Below are positions 25,878-35,527 of a stretch of DNA of 48,831 nt, piece after piece (the first letter of the stretch is position 1; each line of letters opens with the position of its first letter). Location of the stretch: contig CAZLRR010000003.1 of assembly GCA_964562045.1 (NCBI GenBank), positions 1 to 48,831 on the forward strand, in the 5' to 3' direction. The notes under the pieces were generated by a model. The model did no database searches. It was not told the DNA's origin and saw nothing but the letters and a program-made list of their open reading frames with translations. The stretch is from an uncultured Methanosarcinales archaeon (GTDB lineage: Archaea > Nanobdellota > Nanobdellia > Woesearchaeales > UBA583). A program made the translations under genes and the position numbers.

Positions 25878-27068
25878 TCACTCATCTCGCAAATTATCGG
25901 CAGGATTTGTATGAGCAGCCTTTAAAGCAGGATAAGTCCCAAAAAGCATAGCCATAAACGAAGTCACAACCAAAACAATTCCAAAAAACATCCAATCAAA
26001 ATTAATTGGAACATTATACCCTAAACCCGTAACCCAAAAAGAAATAATTTCAGCCAAAAAATAAGCACCTAAAAAACCAACAAATGCCCCCACCAAACCA
26101 AGCATTCCACTCTCAAAAATAAAAATATTTCGAATATCCTGATTAGTTGCACCCAAAGCTTTCATAACCGAAATCTCATTAATCCTCTCTAAAACATTAG
26201 AATACATCGTATTCATAACATTAATTCCTCCAACAAGTAAAGCAATTGAAGAAATAAATGAAATAATCCCCGTCAAAAGTCCAAGAATCTGGTTAAACTG
26301 CTCCAAAACCTGAGTTGGCGATGTAACCTCATACTTCTTCTCCTTCCCATTCGGATTAAGTTTTCTCTCAATAGCTTCCTGATTAGCCTCTAAATCCGCA
26401 CCCTCCAAAAAACTAATCCTAATTCCCGTATAACCATCGTCACCCTCCAAATTATTCACATCATCAATACTCATAAGCATACTATTATCAACAAACAAAT
26501 CACCTCTCTCCTCAATAATACCTATCACTCGAAAACTCCTATCCTGAATCTGAATAGAATTTCCAACAGTAAGTTCCCTCGAAAATGCATCCTTTGCAGT
26601 CTTTGCACCCAAAACCACAACCCCCGAATCAGTAGACCTTAAAGTTCTTCCCTCACTAACCTCAATACCTAAATCCTCATTAATTTCATCAAGATACTCA
26701 CTCCCATAAGAAACCGTAGTAATCACAGCTTTCTCCCTTCCATATTCATACTGGCCCGTATAAAATTTCATGGGCGCAACATACACATAATCTCTTGCAA
26801 CCTGTTTTATCCTTGCAATCTCCGTATCAGTCAAAGTTGCATCTCCTCCCGGATTTCCCGCATTTCCAGCCGGTTGAACTCCTAAAACATTCACACCAAA
26901 AGAAGTAAACTGCTCAGAAATTGCATTAGTCAATCCTTGAGACACAAAAATAAAAAATACAAAAGTAAAAATACCAATAACAATACCTGAAATTGTCAAA
27001 AGAACTCTCTTTTTCTTCTCAAGCATGTTCCGAACTACAAATCCGTAAATCTCAAATAAACTAATCAT
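25878..27068 (-). CDS. ABC transporter permease, MacB/FtsX type
   Basis: N-terminal TM helix, large extracytoplasmic domain and a C-terminal FtsX-like 3-TM region (VMKALGATNQDI). Confidence 0.85.
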   Translation of the reverse strand: MISLFEIYGFVVRNMLEKKKRVLLTISGIVIGIFTFVFFIFVSQGLTNAISEQFTSFGVNVLGVQPAGNAGNPGGDATLTDTEIARIKQVARDYVYVAPMKFYTGQYEYGREKAVITTVSYGSEYLDEINEDLGIEVSEGRTLRSTDSGVVVLGAKTAKDAFSRELTVGNSIQIQDRSFRVIGIIEERGDLFVDNSMLMSIDDVNNLEGDDGYTGIRISFLEGADLEANQEAIERKLNPNGKEKKYEVTSPTQVLEQFNQILGLLTGIISFISSIALLVGGINVMNTMYSNVLERINEISVMKALGATNQDIRNIFIFESGMLGLVGAFVGFLGAYFLAEIISFWVTGLGYNVPINFDWMFFGIVLVVTSFMAMLFGTYPALKAAHTNPADNLRDE

Positions 27069-28249
27069 TTTCTCAATGTATCTACAATTTTTAAACTTGA
27101 AGCTTGCTTAGCTGGCAAAAATCCAGATATCGCCCCAACCAAAAAACTAAACGCAAGTAAAGCAATAACCAACCACAAATGAATCGTAATCTCCAAAAAC
27201 TCAAACCCAAAACTCTTCGCCCACACTTCAAATCCAAGAGCAGCAAAAGTTCCAAAAATAATACCTATAACTCCACCCAAAAAACCAAAAACTCCTGCCT
27301 GAAAAACATAAATAAAAAACACATCAGAATTTCTAGCCCCAATAGCCTTCATAATTCCAATCTCCTTAGTCTTCTCAGTCACAATAACATACATCGTATT
27401 AACTATTCCAACTCCACCAACAATTAAAGAAACCAAAGCAATTCCTCCAAGAGTCAACTGCACAATATCTAAAATATTATTAAACTGCTCCAAAACCTGA
27501 GCCTGAGTAATAACCTCTACACTATCTTTTCCAAGCTTATTTTCCAAAACAATCTGCAAATTCTCTTTTGCCAAATTAACCTCATAACCCTCAACAACTA
27601 CTGCATAAACAATACCTACATTATCATCCTCACCATACGACTCCCTTATAGTATCAATATTAACATAAATATTTCTATCATCTTCGGGATTTCCAAGAGA
27701 CTCTAAAATTCCTACAACCTTATACTTCTGTTCATTTATAACAATATTAGAGCCAATTCTAACATCTTTTCCAAAATAATCCTCTGCCACTTTAGGCCCA
27801 ATAACAACTGAAGTTTTCTCATTACTCTTTGGAATTCTTCCCTCCCGAACATCGATATTAAACTCGTCAAAAAAATCTTGATTAATTATCGAACCGAGCA
27901 CCATACCTCGCTTAAACTCATTTCCATATTGCACTTGCACACTCCTAAAATAATACGGATAAGCTTTCTCAATATATGCTCTAGACTCAATCAAATCAAC
28001 TTCATCATCAGTTAAACCTTTTGTCTGTGAAGCACTTGTAAAACTAGTCGTTGCAGCACTCACATACAACTTATTTCCTCCCAGCTGTTCAAACTGTTTC
28101 TCAATAGAATTCTCAAAACCTTCACTTACAAGAATAATAACAAAAATTGCCATAATACCTAAACTTATAGCTATCAAAGTCAAAAGAGAAGAAAACTTTC
28201 TATTTTTGATATCCTTAAATACAAGTCCGATATAATCTGCATAAGCCAT
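27065..28249 (-). CDS. ABC transporter permease, MacB/FtsX type (paralogue)
   Basis: Same architecture as its neighbour (IMKAIGARNSDV). ATGA overlap with the downstream permease. Confidence 0.85.
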   Translation of the reverse strand: MAYADYIGLVFKDIKNRKFSSLLTLIAISLGIMAIFVIILVSEGFENSIEKQFEQLGGNKLYVSAATTSFTSASQTKGLTDDEVDLIESRAYIEKAYPYYFRSVQVQYGNEFKRGMVLGSIINQDFFDEFNIDVREGRIPKSNEKTSVVIGPKVAEDYFGKDVRIGSNIVINEQKYKVVGILESLGNPEDDRNIYVNIDTIRESYGEDDNVGIVYAVVVEGYEVNLAKENLQIVLENKLGKDSVEVITQAQVLEQFNNILDIVQLTLGGIALVSLIVGGVGIVNTMYVIVTEKTKEIGIMKAIGARNSDVFFIYVFQAGVFGFLGGVIGIIFGTFAALGFEVWAKSFGFEFLEITIHLWLVIALLAFSFLVGAISGFLPAKQASSLKIVDTLRK

Positions 28250-28277
28250 TATAATAAAATAGAAATAATTTATTCAA

Positions 28278-29486
28278 TTATTTATTATGTTTTTTACCTT
28301 TCTTATATCCTCTCTTTCTTCCTACAACATATGCAAGAACAATAAGGATTAAAGCAATAACATATGTCCCAAAACCAGCACCACCAGAAGTAGCACCATT
28401 AAGACCAAGTTCAGCAAGTTTACCAGAACTATAAATTTTAATCGGAACACTAAATTCTTTTGATTCTTCATTATTATAACTATCAAGATATTCTGCTTTT
28501 ACATTAATCAAATCAACATCAGCACTTGAAACAAAAATTTCTGTCTGGACTGTTTGAAAATCATCCGGATTCAAATCTCCAACGTACTGGAACTCTCCCT
28601 CAATAACTTCATAACCCTCTCCAGGCAAAACTGTAATTCTAGTCCCTTTAATAGAACTAGTTCCAGGATTAGCAACATAAAAAGTATATTTTCCAGTACC
28701 TGTTGAATAAATTTCTTGTGAATCAAGTTTCAAAGACAAAATCGGTTCAGAAGAAACTCTAACACTACCAAGAATTTCTCTCTCATAAGAATTTCCAAGA
28801 CTATCTTCATAAGTTAAAGTAATCGGCAAAATATATGGTTTAGCCTCAGCATCAGGACTTGCAGTCAATTCAAACTCAATCATTTTTTGTTCATTACCTT
28901 TAATTCCTGATAAAATCTTCTCATTTGAACCCGAAGTAGTACTTAAAACTCCATCTTCAACTTCATCAAGACCTAAACTAACTACAATATTTTTTAAAGA
29001 AACTGAGTTTGTATTCTCCAATTTAATGCCCAAAGATGCAGATTTTCCTGGATTTATCTCACCAATCTCTATCTCATTCACTTGCAGAGTTGGATTAGCC
29101 TCCTCAACCAAAACATCAAACTCATATGTAAAAGCATTTCCACCTTTATTTACTCTAAATTCAACAGTATTAATTCCAATAGGTGCATTTTCAGAAACAA
29201 GTACCTTATATTTTGCAACAACAGTTGCAGAATCAATAACGCCCAAATTTTTTTGTGTATCACTTCCTGCCGCAATTTTAAAATTTTCATTCTCAATAAA
29301 AGTTAAAGTTACTGGTGAATTAGAACTTGTATCTGAAACTTTAACATTCAAATAAACAAAATTTCCTGGAGCTACTGGATCAGGGTTTTGTTCTGATAAA
29401 ATAACATTTATACCAAAAACTCCTGTCATGAAAAACAAGGATAAAAATCCTGCAATAAATAATTTAAATAAATTGTTTTGTATCAT
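28278..29486 (-). CDS. Exported beta-rich protein with a C-terminal membrane anchor (CARDB/COG1361-like), part of the ABC operon
   Basis: Signal/anchor FKLFIAGFLSLFFMTGVFG. The C-terminus is GAGFGTYVIALILIVLAYVVGRKRGYKKGKK. Confidence 0.65.
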   Translation of the reverse strand: MIQNNLFKLFIAGFLSLFFMTGVFGINVILSEQNPDPVAPGNFVYLNVKVSDTSSNSPVTLTFIENENFKIAAGSDTQKNLGVIDSATVVAKYKVLVSENAPIGINTVEFRVNKGGNAFTYEFDVLVEEANPTLQVNEIEIGEINPGKSASLGIKLENTNSVSLKNIVVSLGLDEVEDGVLSTTSGSNEKILSGIKGNEQKMIEFELTASPDAEAKPYILPITLTYEDSLGNSYEREILGSVRVSSEPILSLKLDSQEIYSTGTGKYTFYVANPGTSSIKGTRITVLPGEGYEVIEGEFQYVGDLNPDDFQTVQTEIFVSSADVDLINVKAEYLDSYNNEESKEFSVPIKIYSSGKLAELGLNGATSGGAGFGTYVIALILIVLAYVVGRKRGYKKGKKHNK

Positions 29487-29520
29487 TTTATATTTTATAT
29501 TTTATATTTTATATTTTATA
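29486..29520. repeat. Perfect heptanucleotide tandem repeat (TTTTATA)x5, i.e. (TATAAAA)x5 on the coding strand
   Basis: It fills the entire gap between the ABC ATPase stop (29516-29518) and the start codon of the exported-protein gene (29484-29486). Confidence 0.95.
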
Positions 29521-30223
29521 ATATTTTTGTATTTGGAGCATCACTAACAATTTGCCCATCCACCAAAGTAATTCTTCGATGAGCATAATGAGACAACTTA
29601 TCGTCGTGAGTAACTAATATGATTGTTTTTCCTTCTTTATGAAGTTTTTTTAAATACTCCATAACAATGTGCCCAGTTTTGGAATCCAAATTTCCAGTAG
29701 GCTCATCTGCCAGGATAATGTCGGGTTCATTAGCAAGCGCCCTAGCAATAGCCACCCTTTGTTGTTGACCGCCAGATAATTCAGAAGGTTTATTAATCAA
29801 TCTCTCAGCCATATCCAAAGTAACCAGCAACTCTTTTGCCTTATGTTTTCTATCATGTTTTGGAATTCCCTGAAAAATCATAGGAAGTTCAACATTTTCC
29901 TGAGCAGAAAGAGTTTTCACTAAATTAAATTTCTGGAAGATATAACCTATTTTTTTACCTCTAATAACTGCAAGTTCACTCTCAGTCAAATCAGAAATAT
30001 TATCTTCTCCTAAAAAAATCTCACCTTTTGAAGGATTATCCAAACATCCAATCATATTAACCGCAGTCGTTTTTCCTGAACCGGATTTTCCAATAATTGC
30101 AACAAATTCGCCCCGCCTCACACCAAAACTAAGTCCTTTCAAAGCATGAACAACATTGTCGCCCAGATGATAAGTTTTCCAAACATCCTTTAATTCAATA
30201 ACACTATTATTTTTTGTAGCCAT
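29516..30223 (-). CDS. ABC transporter ATP-binding protein (MacB/LolD type)
   Basis: Motifs GKSGSGKTT, LSGGQQQRVAIARAL, ILADEPTGNLD and VTHD. An alternative upstream ATG lies at 30253. Confidence 0.9.
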   Translation of the reverse strand: MATKNNSVIELKDVWKTYHLGDNVVHALKGLSFGVRRGEFVAIIGKSGSGKTTAVNMIGCLDNPSKGEIFLGEDNISDLTESELAVIRGKKIGYIFQKFNLVKTLSAQENVELPMIFQGIPKHDRKHKAKELLVTLDMAERLINKPSELSGGQQQRVAIARALANEPDIILADEPTGNLDSKTGHIVMEYLKKLHKEGKTIILVTHDDKLSHYAHRRITLVDGQIVSDAPNTKIL

Positions 30224-30803
30224 CTTCTTTCTCCCTGATTTTCTCCCTAACATTTTTTAATGAAGTTACAAACTTTTTAGCCATTTCATCTTCAATAATA
30301 CTAGACCTCATACAATTCTGATGATTTGCAACAAAAACCTCATATAACTTATTCTCCCCTTCCCTAGTAATCTGAACAATTTTCTCTCTTTTATTCGCAG
30401 GATTTTCCTTTCTAATTATTAACTTCTTCTCCTCCATACGATTAAGAAGACTTGAAATATTTGCTTTAGAACAAAAAATCATCTTAGATAATTTTTCCTG
30501 GGATAAGTTTTTCTGCCTGCCAAAATACAAAGTTTCAATAACTGCAAGCTGAGGCAAACTCAAATCATGTTCAAAAAGCATTTTAGTTAGAATTTCTTCT
30601 ATCATTTGAGATGTTCTAAGAACTGAAAACATGAACTTTCCGGTCAAATCTATCTCTTCACATTCTAAAATTCCATTATCCAAAATATCATCGTAATCAC
30701 TAAAATCTTTATTCCAGACCTCAGAATCCCGAATTGCTTGAAGATATTTACTGTTCATATACGAACTATTAGTATGTTGACAATTAATACCTTTTGTTTG
30801 CAC
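30207..30803 (-). CDS. MarR-family transcriptional regulator
   Basis: wHTH region LSLPQLAVIETLYF ... ANISSLLNRMEEKKLIIRKENPANKREKIVQITREG. The GTG start lies 24 nt downstream of a TATA block. Confidence 0.7.
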   Translation of the reverse strand: MQTKGINCQHTNSSYMNSKYLQAIRDSEVWNKDFSDYDDILDNGILECEEIDLTGKFMFSVLRTSQMIEEILTKMLFEHDLSLPQLAVIETLYFGRQKNLSQEKLSKMIFCSKANISSLLNRMEEKKLIIRKENPANKREKIVQITREGENKLYEVFVANHQNCMRSSIIEDEMAKKFVTSLKNVREKIREKEDGYKK

Positions 30804-30932
30804 TCCAAAGTGAAAAAATCCAAACTGTTTTATAAATCACTCACAAATGTCCCACTTTCTCTTTATAAATGTCCAAACCTACAGGAAACAAAAAGTATAT
30901 AAAGAAACATAAATGTAAATTTATCATACAAA

Positions 30933-31205
30933 ATGGTTCAAGCGAAAGCAAAAGAAAAGATTTTGTCCCGAAAACTGCTAGATAAAGTAGTTGTAAGTAA
31001 AAGCGGTAAAAAGTTCGGAGAAGTGGGAGACCTTGTATTCGATACGAAAACCGGAGAGATTATCGATTTCACTATCGTTAATCCTACAAAATATGTTAAA
31101 GACGTAACTTTGGAAAAAGATACTAATGGGGACTTTTTAGTTCCATTCCATGCAGTAATTGCAATTGGAGACTTTCTGGTAATTTCAGAAGAAGATATCC
31201 TTTAG
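30933..31205 (+). CDS. PRC-barrel domain protein
   Basis: 90 aa. VVSKSGKKFGEVGDLVFDTKTGEIIDF is typical of PRC barrels. Confidence 0.65.
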   Translation: MVQAKAKEKILSRKLLDKVVVSKSGKKFGEVGDLVFDTKTGEIIDFTIVNPTKYVKDVTLEKDTNGDFLVPFHAVIAIGDFLVISEEDIL

Positions 31206-31209
31206 ATAA

Positions 31210-31782
31210 ATGGTCGATTTCAGAGCAATAATAGATAAATTACAGGTAATACATTTTTATGATGTTATATTACCTTTCCTGCTTGTATACGTAATTGTAT
31301 ATGCAATACTTGAAAAGTCCAAAATTTTTCATGTAAGCGGAGAAGGAGCAAATAATAAACATCTAAAAACTGTGCACACTGTAATTTCTCTAGTCTTTGG
31401 TCTGTTTGCAATAGTTTCAGTTCAGACTGTAATGCATATTCAGTATTTAATCGTAAATATTGTCCTTTTCATAATATTTATACTTGTAGTACTTATCTTG
31501 CTTGCTTTTGTATTCGGAGACGAATATAAACAACTTTTATTTGATAAGGACGGCACAATAAAGAAATGGGCAGCATGGACTATCGGAATTATTATCTTTC
31601 TGGTAGCACTAGGCGTTCTGTTATATGTTACAGGCGCTTTGGCATTAATTTATGATTGGTTAACAGATTTAAATGTCAATAGTTCTGATGTAATTACAGT
31701 TATCGTAATAATTGCAATTGGATTTATCATTTATATGGTAAGTAAAAGCGGCTCTGAGGAAAATAGCAACAATAACGGCTAA
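31210..31782 (+). CDS. Polytopic membrane protein, unknown function
   Basis: 190 aa with at least 5 hydrophobic segments. It lies between two PRC-barrel genes. Confidence 0.65.
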   Translation: MVDFRAIIDKLQVIHFYDVILPFLLVYVIVYAILEKSKIFHVSGEGANNKHLKTVHTVISLVFGLFAIVSVQTVMHIQYLIVNIVLFIIFILVVLILLAFVFGDEYKQLLFDKDGTIKKWAAWTIGIIIFLVALGVLLYVTGALALIYDWLTDLNVNSSDVITVIVIIAIGFIIYMVSKSGSEENSNNNG

Positions 31783-31821
31783 AAACTAAAACTTTATAAA
31801 TAAAAAAAGGTGTTAAAAAAT

Positions 31822-32100
31822 ATGGCAAGATTCAAAAGAATAACAGACGTTTACGATATGAAGGTTTTTACAGATTCAGGATACTTCTTTGGAGAAATTG
31901 AGGAAGCCCTGATTGAAGAAAACAGAATTAAAAGCTGGAAGATTAAAGCAGTTCCAGGATCTCTTTTATCAAGTAAAGTAAAAGATGCAAAAGGAGTAAT
32001 TATCCCGCAGAAGTTTTTCAAGGCTTTTGGAGACATTATTATCATTCAAGATGTAGAATTCGGAACACCTGCTGGTGAAGACGAAGATATGAATGAATAA
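31822..32100 (+). CDS. PRC-barrel domain protein
   Basis: Motifs VYDMKVFTDSGYFFGEIEEALIEENRIKSWKI and GDIIIIQDVEF. I chose ATG 31822, preceded by AGGTG, over GTG 31810. Confidence 0.6.
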   Translation: MARFKRITDVYDMKVFTDSGYFFGEIEEALIEENRIKSWKIKAVPGSLLSSKVKDAKGVIIPQKFFKAFGDIIIIQDVEFGTPAGEDEDMNE

Positions 32101-32185
32101 ATAAAATAATCTAATATTTTAACTTATTCTTATTTCTAGTTTAATTTAAGTAACTTTTATAAATATTTAATACAAATAAAAGTAG

Positions 32186-32527
32186 ATGAAAATAGAGATT
32201 AAAAAACCAAAAATAAAAGGAATAATAAACACTGAGACTGAAATTATTTACAAATTTAAACCCTCAAAAAACACATTAGAAATATTAGATAATATATTTG
32301 AAATTTCAGATGAAGTAAATCCTCCAATATGGGAAAAATGGGTTTGTGAATACGAAAAAGTAACTAAAAAAGAAGAGATAGTATTTCTTGATCAGAAAAA
32401 AGACTTTAAAATCTATGTTATTATGACAGTAAAAAACATTAGATTAATATTATTTAAAACTAAAAAATGGGAGTCTGCACATAAACAGATAACAGAAAAA
32501 TTTGAATTTAGTTCAAAAGAAAACTAA
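32186..32527 (+). CDS. Hypothetical protein
   Basis: 113-aa ORF with a TATA block upstream. No recognised motif. Confidence 0.45.
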   Translation: MKIEIKKPKIKGIINTETEIIYKFKPSKNTLEILDNIFEISDEVNPPIWEKWVCEYEKVTKKEEIVFLDQKKDFKIYVIMTVKNIRLILFKTKKWESAHKQITEKFEFSSKEN

Positions 32528-32606
32528 TTTTTTAAAATAAAAATCAATATATATACAAACAACATACAATAAAATGTACAATTTTATTATTCTACAAAGA
32601 AAAAAT

Positions 32607-32786
32607 TTATTGAAGAATTTCAAGGATTTCTGCCTTGATTGCAGCCTTACCACCAGTTGGCACAGCAAGTACTTCATTACATTTTAAACATTTAACTTCA
32701 GTAGCTGCATGACCAAACATAATTTGTTCATTCTGACATTTGTGGCATTTAACTTTAATCCATTTATTTTTATATTCTTTAACCAT
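32607..32786 (-). CDS. rps27e: Ribosomal protein S27e
   Basis: Zinc ribbon KVKCHKCQNEQIMFGHAATEVKCLKCNEVLAVPTGGKAAIKAEILE. I chose ATG 32786, preceded by AGGTGA. Confidence 0.85.
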   Translation of the reverse strand: MVKEYKNKWIKVKCHKCQNEQIMFGHAATEVKCLKCNEVLAVPTGGKAAIKAEILEILQ

Positions 32787-32791
32787 TTTGC

Positions 32792-33205
32792 TCACCTATA
32801 TGATTTCTGCCTCTTTGCTCTCGCATGAGAGTTATTCGGTTTCTTCATTTCTTTAAACCTCGTATCAGCAACAATTAAAGCTCTGTCATAATCGATGAAC
32901 TGTTTTCTTAATTCCTCGTTGCCGGTAACTTCAACCAATGCTCTTGCAATAGCTTGTCTTACTGCATCTGCTTGTGAATTAATTCCACCACCAAAAACAT
33001 TAACTGCAATATCATACTTATCAGCTGAATCTGAAATCAATAAAGGTTCTTTAACTCTAAGTCTAACAAGCTCATTTGTAAAATATTCCTCAGGGGACTG
33101 ATTGTTAATTCGAAGTAAACCTTTTCCTTTAACAACTGTTGCTCTTGCAACACTTGTCTTTCTTTTTCCAACAGTCTGAACATTATTTTTATTTTGTTTT
33201 GCCAT
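32792..33205 (-). CDS. rps9: Ribosomal protein S9
   Basis: Motifs GKRKTSVARA ... GGGINSQADAVRQAIARAL ... ARAKRQKSYR. Confidence 0.95.
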   Translation of the reverse strand: MAKQNKNNVQTVGKRKTSVARATVVKGKGLLRINNQSPEEYFTNELVRLRVKEPLLISDSADKYDIAVNVFGGGINSQADAVRQAIARALVEVTGNEELRKQFIDYDRALIVADTRFKEMKKPNNSHARAKRQKSYR

Positions 33206-33207
33206 TT

Positions 33208-33657
33208 TTATACTCTGTTATACCCCAAACTTTTACATAAATCAACCATCTTAGTGTAATAAAATACACTATCCATATTTAATTCTGCACCCTCAACCTT
33301 AATTTTTTCAGAGTTAAGTAAAATACTTGGAACACTATTGAAACACTTAAGCCTCTTATATGCCTGAACTCCCCTCTCATTTTTATAAGGAAGCATATTT
33401 CTCATAGCTCTTCTAACTAAATCTGCTGGACTTCTGGAATAATAAGGTCCTTGCCCAACAACTTTATTAGCAATCTTGTTTTTGTATCTTTCAACCAAAA
33501 ACTTCTTTCTACCAAGGATAACAACTTCTTTACAATTAACAATTTTAACAGTCATACCTGCAAGAAGCATTTTTGCTACCTTACTACCCAGCCTACCGAG
33601 GATTAAATCTTTTCCATCGATAACTACAACATTTGTATCTTCTTTTTTAGCTGCCAT
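33208..33657 (-). CDS. rpl13: Ribosomal protein L13
   Basis: Motif VVIDGKDLILGRLGSKVAKMLLAGMTVKIVNCKEVVILG. Confidence 0.95.
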   Translation of the reverse strand: MAAKKEDTNVVVIDGKDLILGRLGSKVAKMLLAGMTVKIVNCKEVVILGRKKFLVERYKNKIANKVVGQGPYYSRSPADLVRRAMRNMLPYKNERGVQAYKRLKCFNSVPSILLNSEKIKVEGAELNMDSVFYYTKMVDLCKSLGYNRV

Positions 33658-33659
33658 TT

Positions 33660-34253
33660 TTATAATCCTTTCTCCAATTCTTCAATTTTTTCTTTTAATA
33701 TATCTAAACTTTTATTGTATACTTCTTTTGCATCTAACTGACCAAAAGGTTCAACAATTAACTCTAGAGAATTTTCATTCTCTTTCATATAAGCATGAGC
33801 TGGAGCCCATTTTGCATGTTCTCTACCTTTTCCCAAAATCGCTTTCATATTAGCTTCAACTTTTTTACCTTTAACAATTTTAGTAACTGGTATTTTTTCA
33901 TCAACTGGCACAACCTGAGGGTCATCAGATTTGATCTGACCGGAATAAACATATCCTTCTTCGTCAGCACTCAAAGCCATTTTAACCTCACAAAGTGCAC
34001 ATCCAACACCACCACAAGAACAATTCTCTTTGAAATTATATGATTTTAAATCAGTTTTCAAAGGAATAAGTCCAAGTCTGTGCGCTAGAGTCTCATCATA
34101 CAAAGGTGATTCATTCGCGATGATTTCCACATCTTCAATTGCAAAAGTTGGAACCTCGTCTAAAACGATTCTCCTAATAGCATTCACAACTGAATTGTGA
34201 GTGTCCTTAAATACAAACACAGATTTCTCGCCATCAATTTTTAAATCAACCAT
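33660..34253 (-). CDS. rpoD: DNA-directed RNA polymerase subunit D (Rpb3 homologue)
   Basis: Motif NAIRRIVLDEVPTFAIEDVEIIANESPLYDETLAHRLGLIPLK, plus the Cys cluster CSCGGVGCALC. Confidence 0.85.
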   Translation of the reverse strand: MVDLKIDGEKSVFVFKDTHNSVVNAIRRIVLDEVPTFAIEDVEIIANESPLYDETLAHRLGLIPLKTDLKSYNFKENCSCGGVGCALCEVKMALSADEEGYVYSGQIKSDDPQVVPVDEKIPVTKIVKGKKVEANMKAILGKGREHAKWAPAHAYMKENENSLELIVEPFGQLDAKEVYNKSLDILKEKIEELEKGL

Positions 34254-34264
34254 TTTGCATAAGT

Positions 34265-34876
34265 TTATACTCTTCTACCTCTTTTTCCACCCTTCTTTCT
34301 ACAACCATCATGAGGAATAGGAGTTACATCCTCGATTCTTCCAAGTTTAATACCATATCTTGTAAGCATTCTGATTGCTGCCTGAGAACCAGGACCGGGA
34401 GTTAGAGGACCATTATGACCACCAACAGCCCTTAACTTAACATAAAGCGCAGTAACACCGTTCTGGTGACAGGCTTCACTAACCATCTTAGCTGCCGCCA
34501 TTGCAACATTTGGAGATGCTTTAAGCCTATCTGATTTTGTAGCCATACCTCCAGTTACTTTAACAATAGTCTCACTACCTGAAATATCAGTTACATGAAG
34601 ATGAGTATTATTGTAGGAAGAGTAAATATGTAAAATACCCCAATTCTCGTTTGACTTCTTAACTTCTTTTTTAGGTTTTTCTTTTACTTCAACTTCAACA
34701 GATTCTTCTGTTTCAGTTTCAGTTACTTCTTGATTAACCTCAGGTTTTTCCTCTTTAACAGAAGCTTTTTTTGTAGTTTTAGTTTTCTTCTCTTCAACTT
34801 TTTCTACTTTTTCTTCTTTCTTAACCGCTGCCTTTTTAGTAGCTGCTTTTTTTGTTGTTTTCTTCTCTTCTGCCAT
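34265..34876 (-). CDS. rps11: Ribosomal protein S11 with a ~75-aa Lys/Glu-rich N-terminal extension
   Basis: The core [26 protein letters not shown] begins at about residue 79. Residues 1-75 are K/E/T/V low complexity. Confidence 0.9.
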   Translation of the reverse strand: MAEEKKTTKKAATKKAAVKKEEKVEKVEEKKTKTTKKASVKEEKPEVNQEVTETETEESVEVEVKEKPKKEVKKSNENWGILHIYSSYNNTHLHVTDISGSETIVKVTGGMATKSDRLKASPNVAMAAAKMVSEACHQNGVTALYVKLRAVGGHNGPLTPGPGSQAAIRMLTRYGIKLGRIEDVTPIPHDGCRKKGGKRGRRV

Positions 34877-34877
34877 T

Positions 34878-35525
34878 TTACTTCTCCACTAAAGCCTCAT
34901 TTTGTTCTTCATCATCAAGTTTTGCTTCAACCTCATCAGCATTAGGACCTCTTTTTTCAGGTTTTGGCATTACTTGTTCTTTCTGTCTCAAATCTTCAAT
35001 ATTTTCTTCCTGAAGTTTTCTCTCAGGGTGATTCTCATCAGCAAGAGATGATGTTCCCCTAAAAGAAACCATCGGTTCTTGAGCAAGTGAAACAGGATAA
35101 GAAGGAGAAGTAAACATTTTATCTCCAACAAAAACATGTCTGTGAACAATAAATTGCCTTGCCTGAGCAGGAGTTCTTGCTAATTTGTGTTTATACAAAA
35201 TATTTGATAATCTTCTCTCCAGAAGATTTCTGATTGTAATATCTAAAACTTCATCAAGTGAAGTTGCTTCAGGATTTAAGTAACCTTTAGCTTTTAGACT
35301 ATCAATAAAAGCTTTAGCCTGAGGTGAATTTTTAGTCTCAGCACTCTTATTGAAAGATTTAGCAATTTTTTTAAACTTACTAAGTAAAAGTTCAACTCTT
35401 CTAATCTCTTTCTTATTCTTAAGAGCATAATCACTCACAAGAACTCCCTCATCTACAATAGTCTGTTTATCCCATCTTTTCTTATGAGAAACAAATTTTT
35501 TTCTATGTTTAATTGGCAGTCCCAT
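34878..35525 (-). CDS. rps4: Ribosomal protein S4 (archaeal type) with an acidic C-terminal extension
   Basis: S4 domain [41 protein letters not shown]. The tail runs [12 protein letters not shown]...[12 protein letters not shown]. Confidence 0.9.
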   Translation of the reverse strand: MGLPIKHRKKFVSHKKRWDKQTIVDEGVLVSDYALKNKKEIRRVELLLSKFKKIAKSFNKSAETKNSPQAKAFIDSLKAKGYLNPEATSLDEVLDITIRNLLERRLSNILYKHKLARTPAQARQFIVHRHVFVGDKMFTSPSYPVSLAQEPMVSFRGTSSLADENHPERKLQEENIEDLRQKEQVMPKPEKRGPNADEVEAKLDDEEQNEALVEK

Positions 35526-35527
35526 TT

